Source of the DNA: Phormidium sp.
Lineage (GTDB): Bacteria > Cyanobacteriota > Cyanobacteriia > Cyanobacteriales > Aerosakkonemataceae
Assembly (NCBI GenBank): GCA_051013385.1
Contig: CP143273.1
Coordinates: 256,001 to 320,000 of the forward strand
Direction of reading: 5' to 3'
DNA: 64,000 bases
The translations under genes and the position numbers were made by a program. The notes beneath the pieces were generated by a model. The model was not told where the DNA came from. It was given only the letters and a program-made list of their open reading frames with translations, and searched no databases. How positions within the stretch are numbered: position 1 is the first letter of the stretch; each line of letters starts with the position of its first letter. This document shows positions 11,458 through 21,596 of the stretch, in pieces.

Positions 11458-13953
11458 ATGCCATTAAAACCAACCGTAGCCTCCAGTAAGTTAGCTCAGT
11501 CTACTACAGAACTTCCCTCAGTTAAAAGCAAATTAACTAGCTCTAAATCCAGAGGTAAACCTGTGCAGACTAATCGTTTTCATCGTTGGGGTAATATGGT
11601 TGCCGGAGTGTGGGTTCTAGCAGCAGCGCTCGCCACAGGAATGAACCCGCAAGTAGTGCAGAAAGTTGAAAACGAAATGCAAAACATATTTTTTCAACTG
11701 CGAGGGCCAATTGCTCCACCTGATAACATTGTGATTTTAGCGATCGACAATGACACATTATCAATACCCCGACAACTATATCAAATTGCTCCCAAAGATA
11801 ACGCTAGTTTAGAGCAATTACAAAGCTTTCCTTTCCAAAGAAAAGCTTATGCACAAGTAATAGATAAACTGATGGCAGCCGGGGCAAAAACTGTAGCTGT
11901 AAATATAGAATTTATTGCTCCAAGCAGTTATGGAGTAGCAGACGATCGCCGCTTGCAACAAACATTACAGCGCTTTGCAGGTCGGATTACTTTACCAGTA
12001 GCTTACGATGAATACAACACTCCTACCGGACTACAAGTACAACTAATAGAACCATTACCGCTATTACAAACAAATCCAATTTCTCTGGGTTCAATTAATT
12101 ATTTATTAGAGCCAAATGGAAAAATTCACCGTTTCACTAACGCCTATCGTCAGAAATTAGCAGCAAATTATCAACACCAGCTACAAGCAACTGACAACCT
12201 GAAATTAAAAAAAGCTGGTTTTGATTTTGCCGAAGCAACATTACAAGCAGCGAAAATAAATTATCCGCCAGCCAAAGGCGATCGCATAAATTTCTCCGGT
12301 CCCAAAGGAACATTTAAACAAATTTCCTTTTGGCAAGTATTAGAGCCAAAAGAAGGGAAAAAAATACTTGAGGAATTTCAAGACAAAATTGTATTAATTG
12401 GAGCCACAGATACCAGCCTGAAAGATTTTTATCCAACAGCATTTTCTTCAGAAATGCCAGGAGTAGAAATTCATGCCAATGCGATCGCCACCTTGCAGCA
12501 AGGAACAGCCCTCGCCAAAGCAATTTCCAATCGATTTATCGAAGCAATAGTTGTACTGATAGGTGTGGGAGGGGCAGGGATAATACTCAACAAACAAAAA
12601 AGTAACATTAATAGATTAAGCTACACAATAGGCATGATAATTGCCTGGGGAAGTATTAGTTATATCGCCTTTATTCACGGGTACAAAATATTACCAACAG
12701 CCGTGCCAACGATCGCGATCGTCCTCACCGGAATTAGCTACTCAACCACCGAAGCAGCCCAAGAAAAAGTTAAAAAACTCTTACTCCATGAAACCTTAAA
12801 GAAATATGCAAATTCAGCGATCGTCAAACAAATTATCAGCCAACAAGACGATCTAGCCGACCTACTTCCCATAAAAGACCTAGAATCATCCAGCAAAAAA
12901 ATTGGTGGTCGCTACGAAATCATTAAAATATTGGGTGCAGGAGGATTTGGCGAAACCTACATAGCCCAAGACACCCAGCGACCGGGCAATCCCTTATGTG
13001 TAGTCAAACAACTTAAACCAGACATTCATAACCCCAAACATTTAGACCTAGCTAAACGTTTATTTCCGCGAGAAGCAGAAACCTTAGAAAGGCTAGGTAA
13101 ACATGACCAAATTCCCCAACTTTTAGCTTACTTTGAAGAAAATGAAGAATTTTACCTAGTCCAAGAATTTATTGATGGACATTCCTTAGAAGACGAATTA
13201 CCACAAGGTAAGCAAGTTCCCGAAGGCGAAGTCATCAATATGTTAAAAGAGCTCTTAACAGTATTAGAATTCGTCCATAATAACGGAGTTATTCACCGAG
13301 ACATTAAACCCAACAACATAATTAGACGACACTCAGATCAGAAATTAGTCCTCATTGATTTCGGTGCAGTCAAACAAATTAGCACTCAAGTACTAAACAG
13401 TGAAGGCTCAACTCGCTTCACAGTCGCCATTGGTACACAAGGATATGCACCATCAGAACAATGTAGCGGTAGACCAAGACCAAACAGCGACATCTACGCA
13501 TTAGGAATGACCGCAATTAAAGCCCTCACAGGAGTATCTCCTACACAATTAATTCAAGACCCAAAAACAGGAGAAATCTTGTGGACACATAAAGTGCAAA
13601 TTAGCCCAGAACTAGCAGCTATAGTCAGCAAAATGGTGTATTACGATTTTAATCAAAGGTATCAGACCGCAACAGAAGTAATAGAAGATCTTTTAGAGTT
13701 AACCAACTCTCCTAATCATGCTTTGCCTGCAACAAAAAATACACCAGAAAAAACAGATTACTTAGAATTAAACCTTCCTACAAGAAACTGGTCAGAAGCT
13801 TCACTGGAAATCACAGATGCTTCAGAACAGGAAATAGAGACCAAAAACTGGACAAATGATTCGTTAGATATAACAGATTTTTCAGAGATTAATACTCCCA
13901 CAAAAAACTGGTCTGTCGAATCTCAAACCTTTTCCCTACCGCCTAACAATTAA
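11458..13953 (+). CDS. CHASE2-domain membrane Ser/Thr protein kinase
   Basis: CHASE2 (IVILAID, KIVLIG, GVEIHAN), three TM helices, Hanks kinase (GAGGFG, VVK, HRDIKPNN, DFG). Confidence 0.93.
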   Translation: MPLKPTVASSKLAQSTTELPSVKSKLTSSKSRGKPVQTNRFHRWGNMVAGVWVLAAALATGMNPQVVQKVENEMQNIFFQLRGPIAPPDNIVILAIDNDTLSIPRQLYQIAPKDNASLEQLQSFPFQRKAYAQVIDKLMAAGAKTVAVNIEFIAPSSYGVADDRRLQQTLQRFAGRITLPVAYDEYNTPTGLQVQLIEPLPLLQTNPISLGSINYLLEPNGKIHRFTNAYRQKLAANYQHQLQATDNLKLKKAGFDFAEATLQAAKINYPPAKGDRINFSGPKGTFKQISFWQVLEPKEGKKILEEFQDKIVLIGATDTSLKDFYPTAFSSEMPGVEIHANAIATLQQGTALAKAISNRFIEAIVVLIGVGGAGIILNKQKSNINRLSYTIGMIIAWGSISYIAFIHGYKILPTAVPTIAIVLTGISYSTTEAAQEKVKKLLLHETLKKYANSAIVKQIISQQDDLADLLPIKDLESSSKKIGGRYEIIKILGAGGFGETYIAQDTQRPGNPLCVVKQLKPDIHNPKHLDLAKRLFPREAETLERLGKHDQIPQLLAYFEENEEFYLVQEFIDGHSLEDELPQGKQVPEGEVINMLKELLTVLEFVHNNGVIHRDIKPNNIIRRHSDQKLVLIDFGAVKQISTQVLNSEGSTRFTVAIGTQGYAPSEQCSGRPRPNSDIYALGMTAIKALTGVSPTQLIQDPKTGEILWTHKVQISPELAAIVSKMVYYDFNQRYQTATEVIEDLLELTNSPNHALPATKNTPEKTDYLELNLPTRNWSEASLEITDASEQEIETKNWTNDSLDITDFSEINTPTKNWSVESQTFSLPPNN

Positions 13954-14144
13954 ATTATCACTAATCAGAAAAACTATTTCTTAAAAACTGGTAAACGCCA
14001 ATAGATTTTCTGATAACAAAATAAATTAAAGCCCACTAAAGCGCCGATTCAGTATTCAAGATCACCTGGAAAACAGGGTTTCTATGATTACTAAATCGGC
14101 GTTTTAGTGCAGCACATCGTAACTAGACCAACCACACACACCAG

Positions 14145-14274
14145 CTTAACTGAGCTCTTGCACCATTCTCAACAAGACTTGAAAAACCGGGTTATGAACG
14201 AAAAACCTGGGCTTTCAGATTTAGCTATTTGCTCACCTCCCGGTTTTTAGCCCTGGTGCAAGATCTGAGTTAAG
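14145..14274. mobile_element. Small inverted-repeat element
   Basis: CTTAACTGAGCTCTTGCACCA ... TGGTGCAAGATCTGAGTTAAG (21-bp IR with 2 mismatches). Confidence 0.65.
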
Positions 14275-14334
14275 ACTGACACCGGGGTACAGAGAAGTTT
14301 TTGGGAAATCGCCAACGGGTTAAAACCCGTTAAC

Positions 14335-16590
14335 TTAAGCCTCTGGTCGTGGCGGTGGCGCAGGCGGTGGTGGCGCAGGCGCAGGTGGTGGTTCTACGGG
14401 TGGCGCAGGCGGTGGTGGCGCAGGCGCAGGTGGTGGTTCTACGGGTGGCGCAGGCGGCGGTGGCGCAGGCGCAGGTGGCGCAGGCGGCGGTGGCGCAGGC
14501 GCAGGTGGTGGTTCTACGGGTGGCGCAGGCGGCGGTGGCGCAGGCGCAGGTGGTGGTTCTACGGGTGGCGCAGGCGGCGGTGGCGCAGGCGCAGGTGGTG
14601 GTTCTACGGGTGGCGCAGGCGGCGGTGGCGCAGGCGGCGGTGGCGCAGGCGCAGGCGGCGGTGGCGCAGGCGCAGGTGGCGGTGGCGCAGGCGCAGGTGG
14701 TGGTTCTACGGGTGGCGCAGGCGGCGGTGGCGCAGGCGCAGGTGGTGGTTCTACGGGTGGCGCAGGCGGCGGTGGCGCAGGCGGCGGTGGCGCAGGCGCA
14801 GGCGGCGGTGGCGCAGGCGCAGGTGGTGGTTCTACGGGTGGCGCAGGCGGCGGTGGCGCAGGCGCAGGTGGCAGAGGTGGCGGTGGTGGCGGTGGCGGCG
14901 GTGGCGGTGGTGGCGGTGGCGGCGGTGGCGCAGGCGCAGGTGGCGCAGGCGGCGGTGGCGCAGGCGCAGGTGGTGGTTCTACGGGTGGCGCAGGCGGCGG
15001 TGGCGCAGGCGGTGGTGGCGCAGGCGGTGGTGGCGCAGGCGGTGGTGGCGCAGGCGGTGGTGGCGCAGGCGGTGGTGGCGCAGGCGGTGGTGGCGCAGGC
15101 GGTGGTGGCGCAGGCGGCGGTGGCGCAGGCGGTGGTGGCGCAGGCGGCGGTGGCGCAGGCGGCGGTGGCGCAGGCGGTGGTGGCGCAGGCGGTGGTGGCG
15201 CAGGCGGCGGTGGCGCAGGCGGCGGTGGCGCAGGCGGCGGTGGCGCAGGCGGTGGTGGCGCAGGCGGTGGTGGCGCAGGCGGCGGTGGCGCAGGCGGTGG
15301 TGGCGCAGGCGGCGGTGGCGCAGGCGGTGGTGGCGCAGGCGGTGGTGGCGCAGGCGGTGGTGGCGCAGGCGGTGGTGGCGCAGGCGGTGGTGGCGCAGGC
15401 GGTGGTGGCGCAGGCGGTGGTGGCGCAGGCGGTGGTGGCGCAGGCGGCGGTGGCGCAGGCGGCGGTGGCGCAGGCGGTGGTGGCGCAGGCGGTGGTGGCG
15501 CAGGCGGTGGTGGCGCAGGCGGTGGTGGCGCAGGCGGCGGTGGTGTGGGTGATTGATTAAACAAAACCTCCCCAGCTTCAACGGGAGGGAATGATTCTAA
15601 AGGATTTCTATCTATAGGTGAATTGTTTTGTAAAGGCGGATTCGGTTCAGGGAGGATAATTTTAGATTCATCAAAGGCTAGTGATAGATCGCAATTTGAG
15701 GTATTCCCGGAACTAGCAGCGGGAGAAAAAGAAATTTGTAATTGGAAAGACTCATCTACTGCTCGGCTTTCCTGCTTTCCCGCAACGCCAGAAGCAGCGC
15801 ATCGCAGCACAACTTGGTATGGGTTTGATATATTTGTGGGAAGGCGGACAAAAGCTGGAGTTTCTAGAATACCTTCACCAGTTATAGGAGGCTGAGCAGC
15901 TAAAGCTGTGGAAGTTTCGGCTTGTACTTGTGTTCTTGCGGGATCGGTTGCAACTTGGTTTGTTAATTCAGTTAAATTGAGACCTCTGGTTAATTCACTG
16001 GTTTCATAAAAAGTTTTTAGATCAAAATCATATATGCCTGTAATTCTGTCTTTTTCGATGACTGCTAACTGTCCTGCTCGCAGTCCTTCTCGTTGTGAGC
16101 CACTTTGGTTAAATACTTCTATGTTGCTATCTGTGAGAGCGCCTACGATCGTAGTATTTGTATCAGGAATGTAGCGTACAAATAAGGCTGATCCTCGAAT
16201 TCCTGCTCTAGCGTTAGGCGTTCGCACGCGAGTTTCGCCCCGCCCAGGCGGAATCAGCAGCAGCATCGTACCGTTATTCAACCGAAAAGTACGGGTATTG
16301 GGTAAAAACAAAAATACTGCTTGTTGACCAATGCGGGCTAAAGAACCATCATTGAAGCGTAATTCTGCTAAAGATTCTGGCCCTGTTGCCAGGGAATCTC
16401 CGGGACTGACTCGATCGTATATTCTGGCAGGCCGCCCTCCCTGATTTTGCGGAATCAGCCGCACTAAATTACGTATACTTTCAACAATGGCTCTGGTTAA
16501 GGGCGTTTGAGCACGTACCGCCTTGGGTAGTGAGAAGGCTATAATACCCCATGAAATTACGCCCAGAAGCAGAATTAACTTTTGAGACAT
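14335..16590 (-). CDS. Secreted FecR-domain protein with a very long proline-rich tail
   Basis: Signal peptide ending AVRA, FecR motifs (LATGPESLAELRFNDGS, TPNARAGIRGS), then about 400 aa of PPPPA/PPVEPPPAPA repeats. Confidence 0.85.
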   Translation of the reverse strand: MSQKLILLLGVISWGIIAFSLPKAVRAQTPLTRAIVESIRNLVRLIPQNQGGRPARIYDRVSPGDSLATGPESLAELRFNDGSLARIGQQAVFLFLPNTRTFRLNNGTMLLLIPPGRGETRVRTPNARAGIRGSALFVRYIPDTNTTIVGALTDSNIEVFNQSGSQREGLRAGQLAVIEKDRITGIYDFDLKTFYETSELTRGLNLTELTNQVATDPARTQVQAETSTALAAQPPITGEGILETPAFVRLPTNISNPYQVVLRCAASGVAGKQESRAVDESFQLQISFSPAASSGNTSNCDLSLAFDESKIILPEPNPPLQNNSPIDRNPLESFPPVEAGEVLFNQSPTPPPPAPPPPAPPPPAPPPPAPPPPAPPPPAPPPPAPPPPAPPPPAPPPPAPPPPAPPPPAPPPPAPPPPAPPPPAPPPPAPPPPAPPPPAPPPPAPPPPAPPPPAPPPPAPPPPAPPPPAPPPPAPPPPAPPPPAPPPPAPPPPAPPPPAPPPPAPPPPAPPPPAPPPPAPPPPAPPPPAPPPPAPPVEPPPAPAPPPPAPPAPAPPPPPPPPPPPPPPPPPPLPPAPAPPPPAPPVEPPPAPAPPPPAPAPPPPAPPPPAPPVEPPPAPAPPPPAPPVEPPPAPAPPPPAPAPPPPAPAPPPPAPPPPAPPVEPPPAPAPPPPAPPVEPPPAPAPPPPAPPVEPPPAPAPPPPAPPAPAPPPPAPPVEPPPAPAPPPPAPPVEPPPAPAPPPPAPPPRPEA
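14346..15545. repeat. GC-rich coding tandem repeat (15-bp GGTGGTGGCGCAGGC units plus longer variants)
   Basis: About 37 consecutive 15-mers at about 14990-15545 and PPVEPPPAPA-encoding units at about 14350-14990. Confidence 0.95.
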
Positions 16591-16771
16591 GGATCTACCT
16601 CAGCAAGAAAACCCGTACCATCGTAAATTGGAATAGCCGCTTTAAGCCCATACTACAAAGATAAGGTCTTTAGTGTCTGGCTTGATTTTACTTTTGGGTA
16701 AATGGAATCAACCATTTAAGCGTCATTCCTTTAGTGAGGTTCAGGTGTTGATACTAATTTAATCCAACTCT

Positions 16772-18022
16772 GTGGGTGGTTTTAGGTTGAGAATTAATTA
16801 CAACTCAGCATTTAGCTGTCAATCTCATTCCGGGAGTGCCATTATTAGCAAGCTAAAAGTTTCTTTACAGCACTATTTAGAACCACTGCGGCAACCTAAA
16901 GAAAGTCTTTTTTTCTGGTTGTTTTTACTGTCTAGTGGTGTTGCTTGTTTGTCTTTGGAATTGAATGCTGCTGTCGCTAGTCCAGGCACTTGGGAAAGAG
17001 AGTCTTTTGCTCCTGATTTTTCCGGGGAAAGTTTACGTCATCAGGCTCCTAATTTACCGCTGATTTCTGAAGAAAAAACTGTTTTGGGTTCGGTAAGTAA
17101 GTCCGCAGCAGATTTGCAAATTCCAGGTTTAGCGGTAAACCTTGATGGTGTGGTGACTGTCGAAAGTTCAGCAGTGGATGATATTCAACCCAATAATCTG
17201 CCTGATTCTGATTCTTCTGTGGCTCAAACGGAAACACAATTAACACCAGAGAATGTCGATATCGATCCCGATTTAGGTAGATTGCGGTTGCGATTACAAA
17301 GGGTTCCGCCTACGGAACGCCAGCCTGTTTTGTATTTTGTTCCAACGCTAAATTTTTCCCGCAGTAATAATCCTTTTTTTAGTATTGATCCGGTTACGGA
17401 TTCACAGTTTTCCCCAGGATTTCTATTTTGGTCAACGCCTAAGATTGGCGAGAGGACTTGGTTAAGTTTTTCTTTGGATGGGAACTTGACTCGTTATTTT
17501 AAGGAGTCTCAGTTTGATTATAATTTGGTGCGGTTTAAAACGGGTGTTCGTCAGCAGTTAAATTCTCGGATGACTGGGGAAGTTGGTTGGTATAATCAAC
17601 AACTGTTTCGGACTAATGGCGGACGCTTTTTGCAGGAAAATTTCTTCTATTTGTGGCTATCACGACGCGATTTTATCACTCCAAAATTAGAGCTATTTTC
17701 TTATTATAATGTGGCTCTGGATTTGGCTGATCCAGACTCTCTCAGTCGGTTTACTCACTTTTTAACTCTCTCTTTAGGTTACTATGTTCGCCCAACTTTT
17801 CAAGTCGGTGTTGAATACCAATTTTTCCTTTCTGACTACACTAAAGTACAGCGTCTAGATTATTTTAGTCGCTTTCTGGGTCGGGTGACTTATAATATAA
17901 ATCGCCAGAATCAATTAGTTTTTAGATTTGGCTTTAGTACTGGAGATTCTTCGGAAAATTTCTTGAATTACAATGATTGGTTATTTAATCTCACTTATAG
18001 TATCACCTTTCCGATTTATTGA
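16772..18022 (+). CDS. Putative outer-membrane beta-barrel protein
   Basis: C-terminal half has alternating aromatic/hydrophobic beta-strands ending LTYSITFPIY; divergent from the FecR gene; start uncertain. Confidence 0.7.
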   Translation: MGGFRLRINYNSAFSCQSHSGSAIISKLKVSLQHYLEPLRQPKESLFFWLFLLSSGVACLSLELNAAVASPGTWERESFAPDFSGESLRHQAPNLPLISEEKTVLGSVSKSAADLQIPGLAVNLDGVVTVESSAVDDIQPNNLPDSDSSVAQTETQLTPENVDIDPDLGRLRLRLQRVPPTERQPVLYFVPTLNFSRSNNPFFSIDPVTDSQFSPGFLFWSTPKIGERTWLSFSLDGNLTRYFKESQFDYNLVRFKTGVRQQLNSRMTGEVGWYNQQLFRTNGGRFLQENFFYLWLSRRDFITPKLELFSYYNVALDLADPDSLSRFTHFLTLSLGYYVRPTFQVGVEYQFFLSDYTKVQRLDYFSRFLGRVTYNINRQNQLVFRFGFSTGDSSENFLNYNDWLFNLTYSITFPIY

Positions 18023-18839
18023 GATAGGAACACCAATCACTCCAACTACCTGCGTAAAGTTTGGCAGTTTTAATTCCCGCTAGTTCTAATGAGAGTAAGT
18101 TGACGCAAGCTGTCACCCCAGAACCGCAATAAACGATAATTTCTTCGGCGTTTTCTACCTCTGACCAACGGCTTTTTTGTGCTTCTGGTGGTTTGGCGTT
18201 TCCTTGTTGGTCTGTGACTTCTTGCCAAGGATAGTTTACTGCACCGGGAATATGTCCGGCGATCGGATCTATTGGTTCTTTTTCCCCTCGGTAACGTTCG
18301 CCTTCTCGTGAGTCCACTAAGACAACTTCGGGTAAATCTTTGCGGGTTTTTACTGTTTCAATATCGACCACCATTGGCGATCGCAAATTCACCACAAATT
18401 TCCCCGGTTTACCAGTTGGTATCGCATCTGACACCGGATAATTACCATTCACCCACGACTTCCACCCACCATCTAACAAAGCTACTTTGTCATGTCCCAA
18501 ATAGCGCAATAACCACCATAAACGCGCCGCAAAACCAAACCGCGAATCATCATAAGCAACAACTAAAGTTTCCTGAGAATTTACCCCAATTGCTGCTAAC
18601 TTTTGGGCTAATTCTTCTACATTAGGTAAAGGATGTCTTCCCCCATGTTCTCCCACTGGCGAGGAAAGATCTCGGTTCAAGTCAAGAAAGAATGCACCAG
18701 CAATATGACTAGTTTGATATTGTCTGCGTCCTAATTCAGGATCGGCTAAGGAAAAACGACAATCAACTATGATAACTTGGGGGTCTTCCAGATGTTCAGA
18801 TAGCCATTGGGGAGAAACAATTAAAGGAGTGTCAGACAT
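18003..18839 (-). CDS. Sulfurtransferase (tandem rhodanese, SseA-like)
   Basis: GGRHPLP, AARLWWLL, GHIPGA, YCGSGVTAC and YAGSWSDW motifs; start set at MSDTP. Confidence 0.93.
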   Translation of the reverse strand: MSDTPLIVSPQWLSEHLEDPQVIIVDCRFSLADPELGRRQYQTSHIAGAFFLDLNRDLSSPVGEHGGRHPLPNVEELAQKLAAIGVNSQETLVVAYDDSRFGFAARLWWLLRYLGHDKVALLDGGWKSWVNGNYPVSDAIPTGKPGKFVVNLRSPMVVDIETVKTRKDLPEVVLVDSREGERYRGEKEPIDPIAGHIPGAVNYPWQEVTDQQGNAKPPEAQKSRWSEVENAEEIIVYCGSGVTACVNLLSLELAGIKTAKLYAGSWSDWCSYLNKSER

Positions 18840-19003
18840 TGGCGATGCTTTGGCTGGATTTGAGTTGAAAATTAGCTGATTAAAGTATATTGGCTGCAAC
18901 TAAAGTTGGCAAGCAGGGTGGGTTCGCAGCGGGTAAAGTGGGATGAGGGTAAAGCGATCGCTTAACTCTGAAAGTCAAAGATTAAGATAAAATCGAAAAT
19001 CAA

Positions 19004-21563
19004 GTGCGATTCGTTCCTGCCAAAATGGAAGGTTAATAACCCGAAGTGCAAGCAGGGTAAAAGGCTCTCAGTCATTCGTAACGACTGAAATAAACCTTTT
19101 AACAACTTAGTAACCGTAGCGGTGTAATTCCGCTCTCGCCAGATGCAGGCGATGACAGCATATCCCATCCTGGGGAGACCGAGCATCAAACCAGGAAAGC
19201 TGGGAAAGTAAGGCGGTATATCGGAACCTGACCTGATAAACTCCGTCACCCACAGTTAGTCATGGTTAGTAAGCGAACTTCTTACAGAACCATCGTCAAT
19301 ATGTGACAAGCCTAAGCAGGTTATCGGCTTGCCCAAAAGGAAAGGGAAACCCTGCCCAGAAGGGACGGGCATTGGGCATTAAGCTCTACTTCTTAATGCT
19401 AAGAGCATAACAGATTCGGGTATCTGTTAAGTTTGCATCCAAACAGCCCTGGTGGAGAAGAAGAACCTAAAACTAACGTCAAACGGTAACTAGGAACGAA
19501 GTAACTCAATGTGTTCTCTTATGGTAGGTCGATTACCATAAGCAGTCACTCAGGCGCAAGACATATTGAGTGGGATTGCCTAAGAAGCAATTGCTCCTGG
19601 TAATGCGGGAGATAAGCAGACGTAGGCACGTTGATTCGGATGGTAAGGCAGTAAGTAGCAATAAATATGTCTAAAGCCGAACTAAGTTTCAGGATGGAAT
19701 GGTCACACGATATCCCTGTTTTCAAAGGGGTAGTACATGAAGAATGGAAAAAACTACCTTGGAGAGGAATAGAAAAGCGTGTTTACAAGTTGCAAAAACG
19801 GATTTACCGAGCCGCGCAGCGTGGTGATGTCAGAGTACAACGCAGACTCCAGAAAACACTGATGAAGTCTTGGTCAGCAAAATGTCTGGCGGTAAGAAGG
19901 GTCACTCAGGACAACCAAGGCAAAAAAACGGCAGGAGTGGATGGGAAGAAAAGCTTATCCCCAGAAGCACGTTTAAAACTGGCAAACAACCTGAGACTAA
20001 CACAAAAATCCCAACCAGCACGACGGATTTGGATACCCAAACCGGGAAGAGACGAAAAACGACCCTTGGGCATACCGACCATACATGACCGTGCATTGCA
20101 GGCGCTAGTAAAACTAGCATTGGAACCAGAATGGGAGGCACGCTTCGAGCCAAACAGTTACGGTTTCAGGCCAGGGCGCTCATGTCATGACGCTATCGGA
20201 CAAATATACCTCAGTATCAACAAAAAGCCGAAATACGTGCTAGATGCTGACATAGAAAAATGCTTCGATAGAATCAACCATCAGGTTCTTCTATCTAAAT
20301 TAAATACGTTCCCCACCATGAGAAAACAAATCAAAGCATGGTTAAAAGCGGGAGCGATAGATGAGGGAACATTCACGGCTACATCTGAGGGAACCCCTCA
20401 AGGTGGAGTAATATCGCCATTACTCGCCAATATAGCCCTTCATGGTATGGAGTCACTAGTCAAGAAGTTGTCCAAAGACGCTTGCCTAGTTAGATACGCC
20501 GACGACTTTGTGTTATTACACAAAGACATAACCATAGTCCACAGATGTAAGCAAAAGATAGAAGAATTCCTGAAAGACATGGGTTTAAGGTTGAAAGACA
20601 GTAAAACGAGAATTTCTCATACCCTCCACAAGTATGAGGGAAGCATCGGATTTGACTTTCTGGGATTCAATATTCGCCAATACAAGGTGGGAAAAACTCA
20701 CTATGGAAAAACAGGCGGAAGAAAAAGTCAAATACTAGACTTCAAAACCAACATCAAACCAAGCAAAGAGGCGTTGAAAAAACACAGGACAAAAACGGGT
20801 AAAATCATCCACGAACACAAGAATCAATCACAGGCATCGCTTATCAAGCACATTAATCCTGTAATCAAAGGGTGGAGCAACTACTACTCATGTGTGGTCA
20901 GCAAAGAAATATTCTCCAAAGCTGACAGTATCATTTACCAACAACTCAGAGCTTGGGCGGTTAGAAGAAGAGGAAGGAAACGCATTACAAAAGTAATGAA
21001 AAAGTACTTCCACACCGTCAATGGGAGAAATTGGGTCTTCTCAACAAGAGAAGAAAACCCATTAAGACTATTAAGACACGCTGAAACTCCAATAGTTCGG
21101 CACATCAAGGTAGTCGGAGATAAAAGCCCGTATGACGGGGACATCATATACTGGAGTACAAGAATGGGGCAAAACCCGGATATGCCAAAAAGGATGGAGT
21201 ATCTCCTGAAGGCACAAAACGGAAGATGCGCCCACTGTGGATTACTCTTTAAAGATGGGGATTTAATGGAATTAGACCACATCATCAGAACCTCCCTTGG
21301 TGGAACTGAAAAGGTCAACAATAAACAACTTCTCCATCGACATTGCCACGACCATAAAACAGCTTGTGATAAACAAGTTACTGGCAACAAAGAATTAGAA
21401 AGGTACATTGAACAAAACCCTTTCTAATCGCCTAAGCCCTACAAATGGGTAACGCGGTATGTGGTGACAAACACCGGAACAACAAGGAGCCGTATGCGGT
21501 GAAAGTCGCAAGTACGGTTTTGAATGGGAGGGTAGAGGGGTAACTCTCTACTCGACCCCTAAC
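19004..21563 (+). mobile_element. Group II intron (ribozyme plus intron-encoded protein)
   Basis: 5' GTGCG at 19004; domain V GAGCCGTATGCGGTGAAAGTCGCAAGTACGGTTT at 21487-21520; domain VI ending ...CCCCTAAC at 21563; RT ORF inside. Confidence 0.9.
19667..21427 (+). CDS. ltrA: Group II intron reverse transcriptase/maturase with HNH endonuclease
   Basis: TAGVDG, RPLGIP, GTPQGGVISPLLAN, YADD, GFDFLGF, domain X, and CAHC...DHI...LLHRHCH. Confidence 0.95.
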   Translation: MSKAELSFRMEWSHDIPVFKGVVHEEWKKLPWRGIEKRVYKLQKRIYRAAQRGDVRVQRRLQKTLMKSWSAKCLAVRRVTQDNQGKKTAGVDGKKSLSPEARLKLANNLRLTQKSQPARRIWIPKPGRDEKRPLGIPTIHDRALQALVKLALEPEWEARFEPNSYGFRPGRSCHDAIGQIYLSINKKPKYVLDADIEKCFDRINHQVLLSKLNTFPTMRKQIKAWLKAGAIDEGTFTATSEGTPQGGVISPLLANIALHGMESLVKKLSKDACLVRYADDFVLLHKDITIVHRCKQKIEEFLKDMGLRLKDSKTRISHTLHKYEGSIGFDFLGFNIRQYKVGKTHYGKTGGRKSQILDFKTNIKPSKEALKKHRTKTGKIIHEHKNQSQASLIKHINPVIKGWSNYYSCVVSKEIFSKADSIIYQQLRAWAVRRRGRKRITKVMKKYFHTVNGRNWVFSTREENPLRLLRHAETPIVRHIKVVGDKSPYDGDIIYWSTRMGQNPDMPKRMEYLLKAQNGRCAHCGLLFKDGDLMELDHIIRTSLGGTEKVNNKQLLHRHCHDHKTACDKQVTGNKELERYIEQNPF

Positions 21564-21596
21564 TCTGACAGATCTCAAGCAACGGAGACTAGCAAC

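Noticed and set aside
14349..15581. 403-aa AVVAQ ORF (+) and 200-aa HHRLR ORF (-)
   Set aside because: Alternative frames of the stop-free polyproline repeat in the FecR gene.
19667..21427. RT as retron, DGR or CRISPR-associated RT
   Set aside because: Domain X, HNH, GTGCG 5' end and canonical domains V and VI identify a group II intron.
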